Below, piece by piece: positions 10,537 through 21,700 of a stretch of 64,000 nt of DNA (position 1 is its first letter; each line of letters opens with the position of its first letter). Source of the DNA: Candidatus Latescibacterota bacterium (GTDB lineage Bacteria > Krumholzibacteriota > Krumholzibacteriia > WVZY01 > JAKEHA01); NCBI GenBank assembly GCA_963707635.1, contig OY970173.1, positions 2,592,001 through 2,656,000 of the forward strand. Direction: 5' to 3'. The notes beneath the pieces are model-generated. The model worked only from the letters and a program-made list of their open reading frames with translations. It was not told the origin of the DNA and searched no databases. Position numbers and translations under genes: made by a program.

Positions 10537-12063
10537 TCACCTATTTTTCGGTGGTCGATACGGGTCGGGCGTGCCCGGAACGATCAGCGGGTATTTCGCG
10601 AGACTGGCTTCGAAATCCAGGACGATCTTGTGCATCGGGGCGTCCATCTCGGTGTGGGCCCAGTATACGCTCTGTTCCTCTCTGGGGTCGGTACGCACGT
10701 TGTAGAGGTTCTTCGCTTTCCTCACGTAGTGCATCTTCCAGTCGCCCCATTTTACGGCATAGAGATGGCCGTACGCGTAGACCGGGAAGCCGACCCGGTT
10801 CGACGTCTCTTGCTTGCCCGTGAAGAAATCCATCTGGTCGACGCCGTCGATCGCGCGGTCGGTCGGGACCTCGGCGCCCGCCGCCCTGGCCAGGGTCGTG
10901 AACAGGTCGGTGATGTGCACGATTTCGTTGCTCACCCGGCCGGCCGGGATGTGACCGGGCCACCGGATGATACACGGCGCGCGCAGAGCGCCTTCCAACG
11001 CTGAGTCGAGGTACCCTCTCCACGGACCCGAGCTTCCCTTCCACGGCTTCAAGTCGGGGCCGCCGTCGCTGGCGAAGACAAGAATGGTGTTATCTTCGAT
11101 GCCGGCCTGCTTGATCGCGTCGGCAATGAGGCCGACGTTGAAGTCCATTCCCATTACGGCATCACCGATCGGGCCGCCTCCGGACTTGCCGGTGAAATCG
11201 GGATGGGAATACACCGGCCGATGCACGGCCGTCATCGGCACGTAGAGAAGGAACGGTCGTCCTGCCTGGGCGTTGCGCTGGATCCACGCAACCGCTTTGT
11301 CGGTCAGCTCGCGGTCAATCAAGCGCCCCACCTCCGGGTCGAGGATCTTGACCTGGCGGGCTTTCTGACCCCTGGAGCACTCGAGGATGGGGGGCGGGCT
11401 GTCCGCGGGGATGTAGCCCTTCGCCGTGATCGTCCCCTCATCCCACGTGATCGGGACCCCGTACCACTCGTCGAAACCCTGGTCGGTTGGAAAGCGCCCG
11501 TCCTGGTCCCCCAGATGCCACTTGCCGTACTCGGCGGTGGCGTAACCGCGCGCGGACAGCAACTCGGCCAGCGTCACCTCCCACTCCACCATCCCCTTCG
11601 GACCGGACGTCGCCACCTGGTCCGTACCGGAACGAACGCCGTAGCGCCCCGTCATCAGCGCCGAACGCGACGGCGAACACCAGATCTCGACATTGAAGTT
11701 GGTCAGCCGAAGGCCTTCGGCGGCCAGAGCGTCGATGCGCGGCGTCGCCACCATGCGGGGGCCGCCGTAGCAGGCGATTTCACCGTAGCCGAGGTTATCC
11801 GCGAGGAGGATGACGATGTCGGGCTTGCCCCGGATGGCGCCGACGTTCGCTGGTCGCGGTACCGCTTCGCCATCGCCCGTCACCGACGCCGCGGGAACCG
11901 GGGTACGCGCAGACCGTACCCACATGGCGACGAAGAAAATGACGAGTGCCGCCAGCGCGGCTGGTAGCATCCAGCGGCGCCGGCCGCTTGCGCTCGCCGC
12001 GGGCGGCGACCGGCTAAGATCCTCGGGTGATTCGAGTGCGACGCGTGGGGGGCGGGAGGGCAT
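10537..12063 (-). CDS. Arylsulfatase-family sulfatase (Cys type), N-terminal membrane anchor
   Basis: ILLADNLGYG, CSPSRSALMTGRY (CxPxR formylglycine motif), GKWHLG. Confidence 0.9.
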   Translation of the reverse strand: MPSRPPRVALESPEDLSRSPPAASASGRRRWMLPAALAALVIFFVAMWVRSARTPVPAASVTGDGEAVPRPANVGAIRGKPDIVILLADNLGYGEIACYGGPRMVATPRIDALAAEGLRLTNFNVEIWCSPSRSALMTGRYGVRSGTDQVATSGPKGMVEWEVTLAELLSARGYATAEYGKWHLGDQDGRFPTDQGFDEWYGVPITWDEGTITAKGYIPADSPPPILECSRGQKARQVKILDPEVGRLIDRELTDKAVAWIQRNAQAGRPFLLYVPMTAVHRPVYSHPDFTGKSGGGPIGDAVMGMDFNVGLIADAIKQAGIEDNTILVFASDGGPDLKPWKGSSGPWRGYLDSALEGALRAPCIIRWPGHIPAGRVSNEIVHITDLFTTLARAAGAEVPTDRAIDGVDQMDFFTGKQETSNRVGFPVYAYGHLYAVKWGDWKMHYVRKAKNLYNVRTDPREEQSVYWAHTEMDAPMHKIVLDFEASLAKYPLIVPGTPDPYRPPKNR

Positions 12064-12355
12064 GAAAAGTGACTCCGGCCAGGACGGTTACGGACTGCTA
12101 TCCGCGCCGCCCATCGGCTGTTTCGCGCTCCTTCAGGTTGGGTGCGTGCAGGCCGGTCGTCGGGAACCAGTGGAAGAACAGCCGACGGTGCAGGCGTTCG
12201 ACCGGGGAAGCATAGCCGCGCGCGTGACGAATCGTCAACTGTCGGGTTACTTTGAGAATCTGTTCACATCACCATTGGCTCCTGCCAGCACGTCGTGAGA
12301 GCATGTGCGCGACTGGCGTGCACCAAACGGAACAATGGAAAGAGGAAGGGAACCC

Positions 12356-13355
12356 ATGTGGCCTGAAATGATCTGCCCCGAGGACGGTCAGCCGCTGACC
12401 CTTGCGCGCGAGGAATTGACATGCCCGCGGGGCCATGAATGGGGCGTGCACGCAGGAATCCCGCGGATGATTCCCCGGAAGGAGAACTACGCCGACGCGT
12501 TCGGTCTGCAGTGGAAGGTCTATCGCAAGGTGCAGTTGGATTCGTTCACGGGGACCACGCTGTCGCTGGATCGCGCGCGGCGCTGTCTGGGTGGCGCGGG
12601 TTGGGACCTGCTCCGCGCTGGCGCCCAGGTCCTCGAGGTCGGCTGCGGGGCCGGGCGGTTCACGGAGGTCCTCCTCGGAGCCGGTGCTTCGGTCACATCG
12701 GTCGACTTGAGTTCCGCGGTGGAGGCCAACCAGGACAATTTTCCGCAGGATCGACGCCACCGGATTCTTCAGGCCGACGTGCTTCGCCTTCCCTTCGCCC
12801 CGCAGCAGTACGACGTCGTGTTCTGCCTCGGCGTGATCCAGCATACGCCGGATCCTGAAAAGACGATCGAGAAACTATACCAACAGGTGAAACCCGGCGG
12901 CTGGGTCGTCAGTCGACCACTACACGTACCGGCTCTCGCATTTCACCAAGTCCGCGCCGCTGTTTCGACTGGTGCTTCGCCGCCTGCCGCCAGAGGAAGG
13001 GCTCAAGCACACGGAGCGTCTGGTGCGAACGTTCCTCCCTTGGCATCGCGCCGTGCGCAATAGCCGAAGCGCTCAGGCACTGGTGAGCCGGGTGTCGCCC
13101 GTGTTGTCCTACTACCATGCGCTTCCGCTCGACGACGAACTCCAGCGCCAGTGGGCGCTCCTCGACACACACGACTCGCTCACGGATTGGTACAAGCATT
13201 TCCGCACCCGGGGGCAGATCCGAACCACCCTCGAGAGGCTCGGCGCCAGAGAGATCTGGTGCGAATACGGTGGCAACGGCGTCGAAGCGCGCGGCCGCCG
13301 GCCAGGGGGTCATGACACCCACCGCATCTCACCCAATCTGTGCACTGCCGTTTAG
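12356..13355 (+). pseudogene. Class I SAM-dependent methyltransferase with N-terminal Cys/His knuckle, 1-nt frameshift near 12911
   Basis: CPEDG...CPRGH; VLEVGCGAGRF SAM motif; LGVIQHTPDP. After WVV the coding sense continues in another frame (VDHYTYRLSHFTK...) into ORF 12972-13355. Confidence 0.7.
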
Positions 13356-13588
13356 AGTAGGAGAGCGGACGGATCGCCTGAGTCACCGGGGCCGGGCACT
13401 CGCAAATCGGGCCTCGGCCGCGTTCTGTGTTTGGCAGTCGTACATGAACGTGGTAAACTACCCCCAACTCGGACCACGTCGGCGGTGGAGACAGACTGGG
13501 ACCGGGAGTGGAACGAGGTGCTGTTAGACCTCTACGCGTTTATCGGAGCAGTTTAAGGGCATTGCCACGATTTGACCCGGAGGTCATC

Positions 13589-14506
13589 ATGAATTTTCGT
13601 TACCGTACGTTTGGAGCCATTGCACTGACTGTACTGATCGGGCTGTCGTCCCTCGTGCAGGCGGCCACCGACACACCGTCGCTTAGCCTGGGGATGAGCG
13701 GGCACGGCAAGCAAGCGCTTACCGTCACGGCCGGACCCAGCGGTCTGCCGGATGGCTTCACCCTGTGGTGGATGGACGCGGCGCAGTTCGCAGCGAGCGG
13801 GGGCGCGTGGCCCAGCGACGTCGTTCCGGAACAAGGCTTCGCAGCGTTTTCCGGCGCACCGACGCTGAATACGTTCGGTGGGACCCAGACCACGTTCAAG
13901 CTGGGGCCGAACCAGAGTATCGTGATTGAAGTGGGCGACCTCACCGACGAAACCGGCGTGGCGGGCGAGCTGGGTGAACTCGACTACGGAATGACGTATC
14001 ACTTCGTGGCCTTCGCTCGCGATGCAGACGGTAACGCGGCGAGCGGCTTGAGCGTGACCGTCACCGACGCGACGACCTCCAGCACCAATTGCACGTACAC
14101 GTGGGGATACTGGAGAAACCACGTGGAGATGTGGCCGGGTCTGCCGGGCGGGGTGCTCATGCTCGGGTCGGTGGCCTACACGCAGGCTCAGCTCCTGGCC
14201 ATCTTCGATGAGCCGGTAGCCGGCAACGGTCTCATCAGTCTCGCGCACCAGTTGATCGCAGCGAAGCTCAATATCCTCGCCGGTGCAAATCCGGCCGCGG
14301 CGGCGGCGACGATCGCGGCGGCGGACGCTCAGATCGGCTCGCTGGTCATCCCGCCGGTCGGCGCGGGATACATCCACCCGAGCCTCACGAGTTCCAAGAC
14401 GCAAAGCCTCGACGACTACAACAATGGTCTGACCGGACCCGGCCACTGCGCCACGATCCCGGTCAACCAGGCCACGTGGGGCACGGTCAAGGCCCTGTAT
14501 CGGTAG
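13589..14506 (+). CDS. Secreted hypothetical protein with short C-terminal TWGxxKxLYR motif
   Basis: GGAGG before ATG 13589; signal peptide; TWGYWRNH...QLIAAKLN domain; ends QATWGTVKALYR. Confidence 0.75.
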   Translation: MNFRYRTFGAIALTVLIGLSSLVQAATDTPSLSLGMSGHGKQALTVTAGPSGLPDGFTLWWMDAAQFAASGGAWPSDVVPEQGFAAFSGAPTLNTFGGTQTTFKLGPNQSIVIEVGDLTDETGVAGELGELDYGMTYHFVAFARDADGNAASGLSVTVTDATTSSTNCTYTWGYWRNHVEMWPGLPGGVLMLGSVAYTQAQLLAIFDEPVAGNGLISLAHQLIAAKLNILAGANPAAAAATIAAADAQIGSLVIPPVGAGYIHPSLTSSKTQSLDDYNNGLTGPGHCATIPVNQATWGTVKALYR

Positions 14507-14535
14507 GAATTGAGTCGCACGAGTCAGGTTGAAAG

Positions 14536-14568
14536 AGCCCGTCGCTGAAGCGGCGGGCTTTTTCTTTT
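14536..14568 (+). terminator. Rho-independent terminator
   Basis: AGCCCGTCGC-TGAA-GCGGCGGGCT stem-loop followed by TTTTCTTTT, about 30 nt after the stop at 14506. Confidence 0.8.
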
Positions 14569-14573
14569 CCACT

Positions 14574-15521
14574 ATGGCACCAGCTTCGCGCACAGACACA
14601 CGGCCGGACAGCCGGCGGCGATTGTCCCTGGGAATCTGGAAACTGATCGACCCCAAGATCTCCCTGGCATCCATTGCCTCGCTGGTGCTGGGAACGCTCG
14701 CCGCCGCTCGCGATGGGTCCCTCGCCTACGGCTGGCTCGCCGTCACGGTCGTTGCCATCCTCGCCATCGAAGCGGCGAAGAACGCATCGGGTGACATCAT
14801 CGATTTCGATTCCGGGGTCGACGTGGACGTCCGGCCGGAGGAGCGCAGCCCGTTCTCGGGCGGCAAGCGGGTGATCGTCGACGGGCTGCTGACCCGGCGC
14901 GACACAACGATCGTGGCGGCCGACTGCTATGCGGCCGGAATCGCCGGCGGCGTCGCCATCGCGCTCCTGCGCGAGCCGCGCGTGTGGCTCCCGGGGCTCA
15001 TCGGAGTCGCGTGCGCGTTCTTCTATCACGCTCCTCCGCTTCGGCTCTCGTACCGCGGCTTCGGTGAAGCGGCCGTGGCCGCGTGCTACGGGCCGCTGGT
15101 CGCGTGCGGCGCCTACCTCGTCCAGCGCGGGAGCGTGCACGGGCCGGTCGTTCCCCTGTCGATTCTCCTGGGCGTGTTGATCGCGGCGTTTCTGTGGGTG
15201 AACGAGTTCCCCGACCGGCGCGCGGACGCCGCGGCGGGAAAGCGGACCCTGGTGGTGCGGCTGGGGGCCCGCCGGGCGGCGGTGGTGTTCACGTGGCTGG
15301 AGGCGTTGCCGTTCGTGGTGCTGGCCGCGCTTCCGTTCTTCGGTGCTCCGCCGGGCGTGCTCGCGGGGCTGGCCGGCGCGTGGCCCGCTCGCCGCGCGTC
15401 GCGCGCGCTCTCCCGCGCAGGGGACGACGTCGCGCGGATCGTTCCCGCGCAGGTGGATGCACTTCGCGCCTTCGCTCTGTTCGCGCTCGGGGCAGGACTG
15501 GGACTCCTGCTCCTGCCGTAG
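14574..15521 (+). CDS. menA: UbiA-family prenyltransferase, MenA-like (DHNA polyprenyltransferase)
   Basis: Multi-TM; NASGDIIDFDSGVD and NEFPDRRADAAAGKRTLVVRLG Asp-rich motifs; YHAPPLRLSYRGFGE. Confidence 0.75.
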   Translation: MAPASRTDTRPDSRRRLSLGIWKLIDPKISLASIASLVLGTLAAARDGSLAYGWLAVTVVAILAIEAAKNASGDIIDFDSGVDVDVRPEERSPFSGGKRVIVDGLLTRRDTTIVAADCYAAGIAGGVAIALLREPRVWLPGLIGVACAFFYHAPPLRLSYRGFGEAAVAACYGPLVACGAYLVQRGSVHGPVVPLSILLGVLIAAFLWVNEFPDRRADAAAGKRTLVVRLGARRAAVVFTWLEALPFVVLAALPFFGAPPGVLAGLAGAWPARRASRALSRAGDDVARIVPAQVDALRAFALFALGAGLGLLLLP

Positions 15522-15524
15522 CGC

Positions 15525-16646
15525 TCACTTCAGCACGACCATCTTCCGCGACAACGAACGTTCGCCGGCGGTGAGCACGCAGAAGTACGTGCCCGACGCG
15601 ACGCGTTCGCCGTTCTCCCCGGTGCCGTCCCAGGTCGCGAAGTGCCGCCCCTGCGAGAGATCGCCCTCGACCACCGTCGCCACGCGCGAGCCGCGCACGT
15701 CGTGGATGCGCACCACGACGCGCGCCGGCGCGGGGAGGGTGAACGGAATGGTCGTCGAGGGATTGAACGGGTTCGGCGAATTCTGCCCGAGCGATAACAC
15801 GGCCACGGGCGTGCTCACGGTGGCGGGCAACGAGGCTACCTCGTCGCCGCTCTCCTTGACCGCGGCGATCAGGTAGGTGTACCTCGTTCCCGCCCGGGTC
15901 GTGCGATCGACGTACGATGCCGCTTCCACCGGGAGCAAATCGACGAGTCGAATCGGCACCGCGTCGCCCTCGCCGCGGTAGACGCGCACCCCGCGCACGA
16001 TTTCGTCCGTCTCGATTCGCCACGACAGCTCCACGCCGTCGTCGCGGACGCGCGCGTCGAAGGAGCTGATCAGCACCGACACCACCACGATCAGAACCGA
16101 CCGTTCGCTCGAGTAGGCGCTCATCACGCCCAGGTGGTTGCGGGTGCGAACCGCGAAGTAGTATGTGCCGGCCGCGAGCTGGCAGACGTCGTGCGTGCTC
16201 GCCGCGCCGGCGTCGACGGTGTACTCGTACTGCGCGGCCTGCCCGCCCGCCACCGAGAACCTCCCGTAGCTCACCGAATAGCCGACCACGGAGGGGTCGC
16301 CGCTCGGGAGCCAGGTCGCGCGCGCGCAACCCGGGGCCGGGCTCGCGAGCGCCGAGAACAACGGTGGCGGGGGCGGCTGCAGATTCCCGGCCTCCGCAAT
16401 CACCAGCACGTCGCCGGTGGTGAGGTCCGCGTCGAATACCGCCGACGCCGCGGAGGACGAAGCGGCGCTGGCAACCAACGTCCCGTTTCGCTGCACGTCG
16501 TACTGTTTCGCGGGTGTCAGGTTGAACAGGCGTACGGTGGTCGGACGGGCCAGCGCGCGCGACGGGCCGATTGCGAGCAACGCGACGGTCAAAAGCGCCG
16601 CCGCGCGAGCGAATGACTTCGCTCCGTTGCCATCCAAACGATGCAT
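15525..16646 (-). CDS. Secreted FN3-like domain protein with FlgD-Ig-like C-terminal domain
   Basis: GAAGGAG before ATG 16646; FN3-like W....D..V.GY...GTYYFAVR; ends QNSPNPFNPST...RKMVVLK. Confidence 0.75.
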   Translation of the reverse strand: MHRLDGNGAKSFARAAALLTVALLAIGPSRALARPTTVRLFNLTPAKQYDVQRNGTLVASAASSSAASAVFDADLTTGDVLVIAEAGNLQPPPPPLFSALASPAPGCARATWLPSGDPSVVGYSVSYGRFSVAGGQAAQYEYTVDAGAASTHDVCQLAAGTYYFAVRTRNHLGVMSAYSSERSVLIVVVSVLISSFDARVRDDGVELSWRIETDEIVRGVRVYRGEGDAVPIRLVDLLPVEAASYVDRTTRAGTRYTYLIAAVKESGDEVASLPATVSTPVAVLSLGQNSPNPFNPSTTIPFTLPAPARVVVRIHDVRGSRVATVVEGDLSQGRHFATWDGTGENGERVASGTYFCVLTAGERSLSRKMVVLK

Positions 16647-16935
16647 GAGCGTACTCCTTCGGTCCCGGCGCGCGCGGTCGCCGATGGGCGCGGCCCCGCG
16701 CTCGCACCGGAGGACATGCGAGCCATGGCGATGCAGATCGGGTTTTGTGGCGTCCTTATCAGCAATTTTCGTGTCGCCGGCGCGGGTGGGTTCGCGAGAG
16801 TGGCGCAGCGTGGCACAGACGGGCCGTCGAGCGCGAACGGTGGCGCGGGGGGAGCACGGCGCGCGGCGAACGCATGAGAACGTGTGTGCCGCCGGGTTGC
16901 GCGCGGGACCAATTGCGGCTATCATTCACCGCGAC

Positions 16936-17880
16936 ATGCCGACATGGACACGAATGCGAACGCGATCGACGCTCGTCGGCACGACTCGCTCGGTCGCGGC
17001 GCTCGCGGGTATCGCGACCTGCGCGTTTGCGATCGCGCAAATGGCATCGTCCCCCCGGTCCGCGGTCGCGCAGGTCCCCGGTGTCGCGTCGGCGCCCGAG
17101 CCGGTTCGCGCCGAGCTGGTGGCCGACGCGGCGTCCATCCAGCCCGGGAAGCAGTTCCGCCTCGCCGTTCGCCTCGTTATGAGCGACGGGTGGCACGTGA
17201 ACTGGATCAATCCCGGCGACGCCGGGCTGGCGCCCTCGGTCGCGTGGCGGCTCCCGAAGGGTTTCCGGGTCGGGCTGATCGAGTGGCCGCTGCCTCGCCG
17301 GTTCGAGACCGGTTCGCTGGTGATCTTCGGGTACGGCGAGGACGTGCTGCTGTCGGTGGACGTCGACGCCCCCGCCACGCTCGAGACCGGTACGTCGGCC
17401 GAGCTGATCGCGGAGGTGTCGTGGCTCGCGTGCGCGGAGGCGTGTGTGCCCGGGACGGCAACGGTGTCGCTGCAGCTGCCGGTGGAAGCGGCGTCGCGCC
17501 CGAGCCCGGAATGGAAATCGCGGATCGACGAGTCCCGCGAGCGGTGTCCGGTCCAGCCGGCGGATTGGAGCGTGGATGCGCGCGTCCGCGACGACGCCAC
17601 GCTGCTCTTCGATCTGCAGACGGCGGCCGAGAAGACGCCCGCACTCGACGGCGTGTTCTTCTTTCCGTTCGATCAGGGTCTGATCGAGAACGCGTCGGCG
17701 CAGACTTTGGCCGCGATGCCGGGCCCCTACGGGCGCGTCGCGTACCAGCTGCGCATCGAGCGGGCGCGAATCGGCGTGGAACTTCCGAAGCGACTTACGG
17801 GTATTCTGGTGTGCGAAAGTGGCTGGACCGCCGGAGCCGGCCCGCAGGCCATCACGATCGATGTGCCCCTCGGTTATTGA
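16936..17880 (+). CDS. DsbD N-terminal-type (protein-disulfide reductase) domain protein without the TM domain
   Basis: GWHVNWINPGDAGLAP..W.LP...IEWP.P and WLACAEACVPG motifs; start codon uncertain. Confidence 0.75.
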   Translation: MPTWTRMRTRSTLVGTTRSVAALAGIATCAFAIAQMASSPRSAVAQVPGVASAPEPVRAELVADAASIQPGKQFRLAVRLVMSDGWHVNWINPGDAGLAPSVAWRLPKGFRVGLIEWPLPRRFETGSLVIFGYGEDVLLSVDVDAPATLETGTSAELIAEVSWLACAEACVPGTATVSLQLPVEAASRPSPEWKSRIDESRERCPVQPADWSVDARVRDDATLLFDLQTAAEKTPALDGVFFFPFDQGLIENASAQTLAAMPGPYGRVAYQLRIERARIGVELPKRLTGILVCESGWTAGAGPQAITIDVPLGY

Positions 17881-17939
17881 CAGCGCCCCGAACGTTCGAT
17901 TCAGCAGACCATACCGAATTCAACCTGGGAGGATCCTCG

Positions 17940-18581
17940 ATGTTTCGTTCAATCACCCGCATTGCACTGCTCGTCGCCGTCGCGGCGCTGGCGGCGGCTG
18001 CCGCTGCGGACACGACTACTGACCCGAAAGCCGCCACCGCCGCTCTGGACCAGAAGGCGCCGGATTTTTCCCTCGCCGGCATCGACGGCAAGACCTATCG
18101 GCTTTCGGACTGCAAGGGAAAGTACGTGGTGCTCGAGTGGAACAACCTCGACTGTCCGTTCGTGAAGAAGTTCTACGGTGCCGGCGCGATGCAGGCGCTC
18201 CAGAAGCAGTACGTCGAGAAGGGCGTCGTGTGGCTTACGATCTGCTCGTCGGCGCCCGGCAAGCAGGGGTTCTATGAACCCGACCAGCTCAAGACGATGG
18301 CCGCGGAGAGGAAGCTGGCGTCGACCGCGTATCTACGCGACGTGGACGGCGCCGTGGGCCATGCGTACGGTGCCAAGACGACACCCCACATGTTCGTGAT
18401 CAGTCCCGAGGGCGTGCTCATCTACGCCGGAGCAATCGACGACAAGCCGTCGACGAACCCGGACGACCTCAAGGGTGCGACGAACTACGTCCAGGCCAGC
18501 CTGAACGAGGCCATCGCCGGCGAGAAGATCGCGGTGAAGTCGACCGCGTCCTACGGCTGCAGCGTCAAGTACGCCAACTGA
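17940..18581 (+). CDS. Exported redoxin (AhpC/TSA, thioredoxin fold)
   Basis: APDFSL..IDGK, VVLEWNNLDCPFV, YGAKTTPHMFVI, YAGAIDD, YGCSVKY; GGAGG RBS. Confidence 0.85.
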   Translation: MFRSITRIALLVAVAALAAAAAADTTTDPKAATAALDQKAPDFSLAGIDGKTYRLSDCKGKYVVLEWNNLDCPFVKKFYGAGAMQALQKQYVEKGVVWLTICSSAPGKQGFYEPDQLKTMAAERKLASTAYLRDVDGAVGHAYGAKTTPHMFVISPEGVLIYAGAIDDKPSTNPDDLKGATNYVQASLNEAIAGEKIAVKSTASYGCSVKYAN

Positions 18582-18654
18582 ACCGAGTTACTCAGGGCGG
18601 GCGCCGAAGGGCGCCCGCCGCCCGCACCGATTTCCCCGGCCGCGGCCCAATGGG

Positions 18655-18684
18655 TTGACACAACCCTTTGTAATCCCGTACAGT
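18655..18684 (+). promoter_or_regulatory. Putative sigma70 promoter of the C25 peptidase gene
   Basis: TTGACA-N18-TACAGT, 38 nt upstream of ATG 18723. Confidence 0.5.
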
Positions 18685-18722
18685 TACCGCTGCGGGCCGG
18701 CTCAGGAACCGGCCCCGATCCG

Positions 18723-21700
18723 ATGCGCAAGACCGTACTGACCCTGCTTCTCGTCTCGATCATCGCGGTGCCGCTCTGGATCTCGGGGCACACGGCATCG
18801 GTTCGTATCGAGGTCGATGTCCCGACGAGCCCGGGAGACTTTTCCGTCACGGCCGCCGGAAGGTATACCTCCGTCTCGCCCGTCCCATCCGCCTCCGGAT
18901 CATTTTTCACCGTTAACGACGTAGGCCGCCCCTCCATCCCGGCGCGCATCGTTTACGTCGCGTTACCCGACGGCAGGAGTTTCGCCAGCGTCATCGCATC
19001 GGCCGAGGGAACCAGCACGCTGGCTCGCGGCGTCGAACTCGCCGTGGCCGCGCCGCCGGCGCCGGCGCCCGACCTGCCCGCGCCCGGCGTCGCAGTCGCC
19101 CAGGATGCACTCGCGCCATACCTCGCGGGCGCGGAATTTCCGTCCGAGCTGGTTCGCTACCTGGGAAGCGGGACCTGGCACGGCTACACCGTCGCCAGCT
19201 TCGCGGTATTTCCGCTGCAAGTGGTGGAAGGCGATCTGGTGCTGCACGCCGACGTCCGGCTCTCGATCGACACGGAGCCCGCTGCCGGGCCCGGCGCCGA
19301 GCGGGCGCTGCGGATGAGCAGCGCGCGCGCGCGCGACATCGAAACGCGGCTGCGCGGTTTGATCGCCAACGACGAGGCGCTCGCCACGTATCCTCCCATC
19401 CCTCACGACGAACACCGCGGGCCATTCGGCGCGTCGGTTGCGCCCTCGCTCGAAGGCAGCCCGGTCGACTGCATCATCGTCGCCCCCGCCGCGCTGGCCG
19501 CCCCGTTCGACGCGCTGGCGGACTGGAAGACGGCCAAGGGCGTTCCCACCGTCGTCCGCACGGTCGAGTGGATCGAAGCCAACTACCCTCGCGGGATCGA
19601 TCGCGCGGAGACCATTCGCTTTTTTCTCCAGGACGCCTACACCAAGTGGGGTGTCCAGTGGGTGCTCCTGGTGGGTGACACACCCGAGATTCCCCCGCGC
19701 TACCTCTACACGGCCTATTACTACGGCGGCACGCTGGTCCCCGCGGACCTCTATTTTGCCTGCCTCGACGGTTCCTTCAACGCCGACGGTGACACGCGCT
19801 TCGGCGAGCAGCCGGCCGACCAGCCCGACCTGTACGCCGAATTGAGCGTGGGACGGCTGCCGGTGTCAACCCTGGCCGACGCGGCGAATGTGGTCTCGAA
19901 GATCATGAGCTACGAGACGCCGCTCGACACCGAGTACGTCGACAAGACGCTGTTCCTGGCGGAGGTGCTCTTCCCGGCGCCGTGGTCGCCGCCCGCGCCC
20001 ATCCAACTCAACGGCGGCGACATGGCGGAGTTCGTGCGCATCCGGCACGTGCAGAGCCCCTCGCGCCGCGTCACCCGGCTCTACGAGACCCCGGCCCTGT
20101 TCGCCGGCTCGCTGCCGGAATCGCGCTCCATCGCGATCGATTCGCTCAACGCGGGCTACGATTTCGTCTTTCACGTCGGCCACGGTTATCGCTTCAACAT
20201 GCACTGCGCGGATGAAAACATCGCCATTCCCGACGCGGACGCGCTCTACCACCCGAACCGCTTCTTCAACCTCTACATGTCGAATTGCACCGCGGCGGCG
20301 TTCAATTTCGACTGTCTCGCCGAGCGCATGCTGCGCAATCCCAACGGCGGCGCGGTGTCGGTAATCGGCGCCGTAAGCAGCTCGTTCGCCGAGATATCGA
20401 CCGACTACATGGAAGCCTACGCGGGCGCGGTGTTCGACGGCGCGGACCCGGTCCACATTGGGGACGCATTTGCCGCCTCGCGTGCGTCGCGCACCGCGCT
20501 CGCAATGCTCGACGACAATTCCGACCTCTGGACCCACTACGTGTACACGCTCCTGGGCGACCCCGAGATGACGCTGTGGACCGGCCCCGTGCGCACGCCG
20601 GTCGTGAGCCACCCGGCCAGCCTGGTGGCGGGAACCACCGTGGTCGCGGTGGGCGTGGACGTCGACGGGCTGCCGCAGGCGAACGCGACCGTCTGCCTCT
20701 CGAAAGACGGCGAAGACTATCAGGTCGGAACGACCAACGCGGCGGGACAGGCGTCGTTCGTGCTTTCGACCCGGACCACGGGACAGGTGCGCGTGGTGGT
20801 CACCGGTCGCAACCTCGCCCGCCACGAGAGCGCCATCGCGATCGAGTCGGCGGCAAGCGTGCTGCTCTCGATCGACGAGGTCCTGATCAACGACAATCGC
20901 TTCGAGTTTGGAACCTTCGTAATCGGGGACGGAGTCGTGGACGCGGGCGAGGCCGTCGAGTTGACGCCGACCGTGCGCAACACCGGCGGCGCGGCGTCCG
21001 CACCGGCGGTTGCCACCTTGACGACGACGGCCCCGTTCGTAACGATTGCAAACGCTACCGTCCCGGTGCGTGTGTTGGCCCCGGGCCAGAGCGTGCTCGC
21101 CGACGACTCGTGGCGCGTCCAATTCGCGGCCGACGCGCCCGATGGGGCCCTCGCCAGTTTTTCGGTCACGATCGCGGGGAATGCGACGTGGAGCGACACG
21201 TTCTCGGAGACCGTCCACGCCCCGGCGTTCGCGCTCACCTCCCTGCGCACGTCCGACGCGGCACCCGTCGGCAACGGCGACGGCGTCATTTCCAGCGGCG
21301 AGCAGTTCTTGCTGTTCGTGACGCTCAAGAACCATGGAACCGGAACGGCAGCCGGGCTGGTCGCGACACTTTCCGCGCTCGACGCCGGAGCCACGGTATT
21401 TTCCGGCCTGGCGCAGGTCGGCGACATCGCCGCGCTGGCCGAGCGCGAGTCGGAGTCGGCGTTCCGTCTCCTCGAGGCCGACGCGACGGTCCAAAACCAC
21501 CTGCGGCTGATCGTGACGGATACGTACGGGCACTCCCTCACGCACACGATCGAGCTGCGCAAACCTGTCGCCCCGGCCATCCAATCGTTCGACGCGAGCC
21601 TCGGGGTCGACAAGATGCTCATCCGATGGAATGCAAGTCCCTCGAGCGACGTCGTCGGTTACCGCGTGTACCGTTCGACGTCCGCGACCGGGCCGTTCAC

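Noticed and set aside
16761..16777. Sigma54-like promoter CGACACGAAAATTGCT on the minus strand
   Set aside because: The invariant -24 GG is GA, so the match is not supportable.
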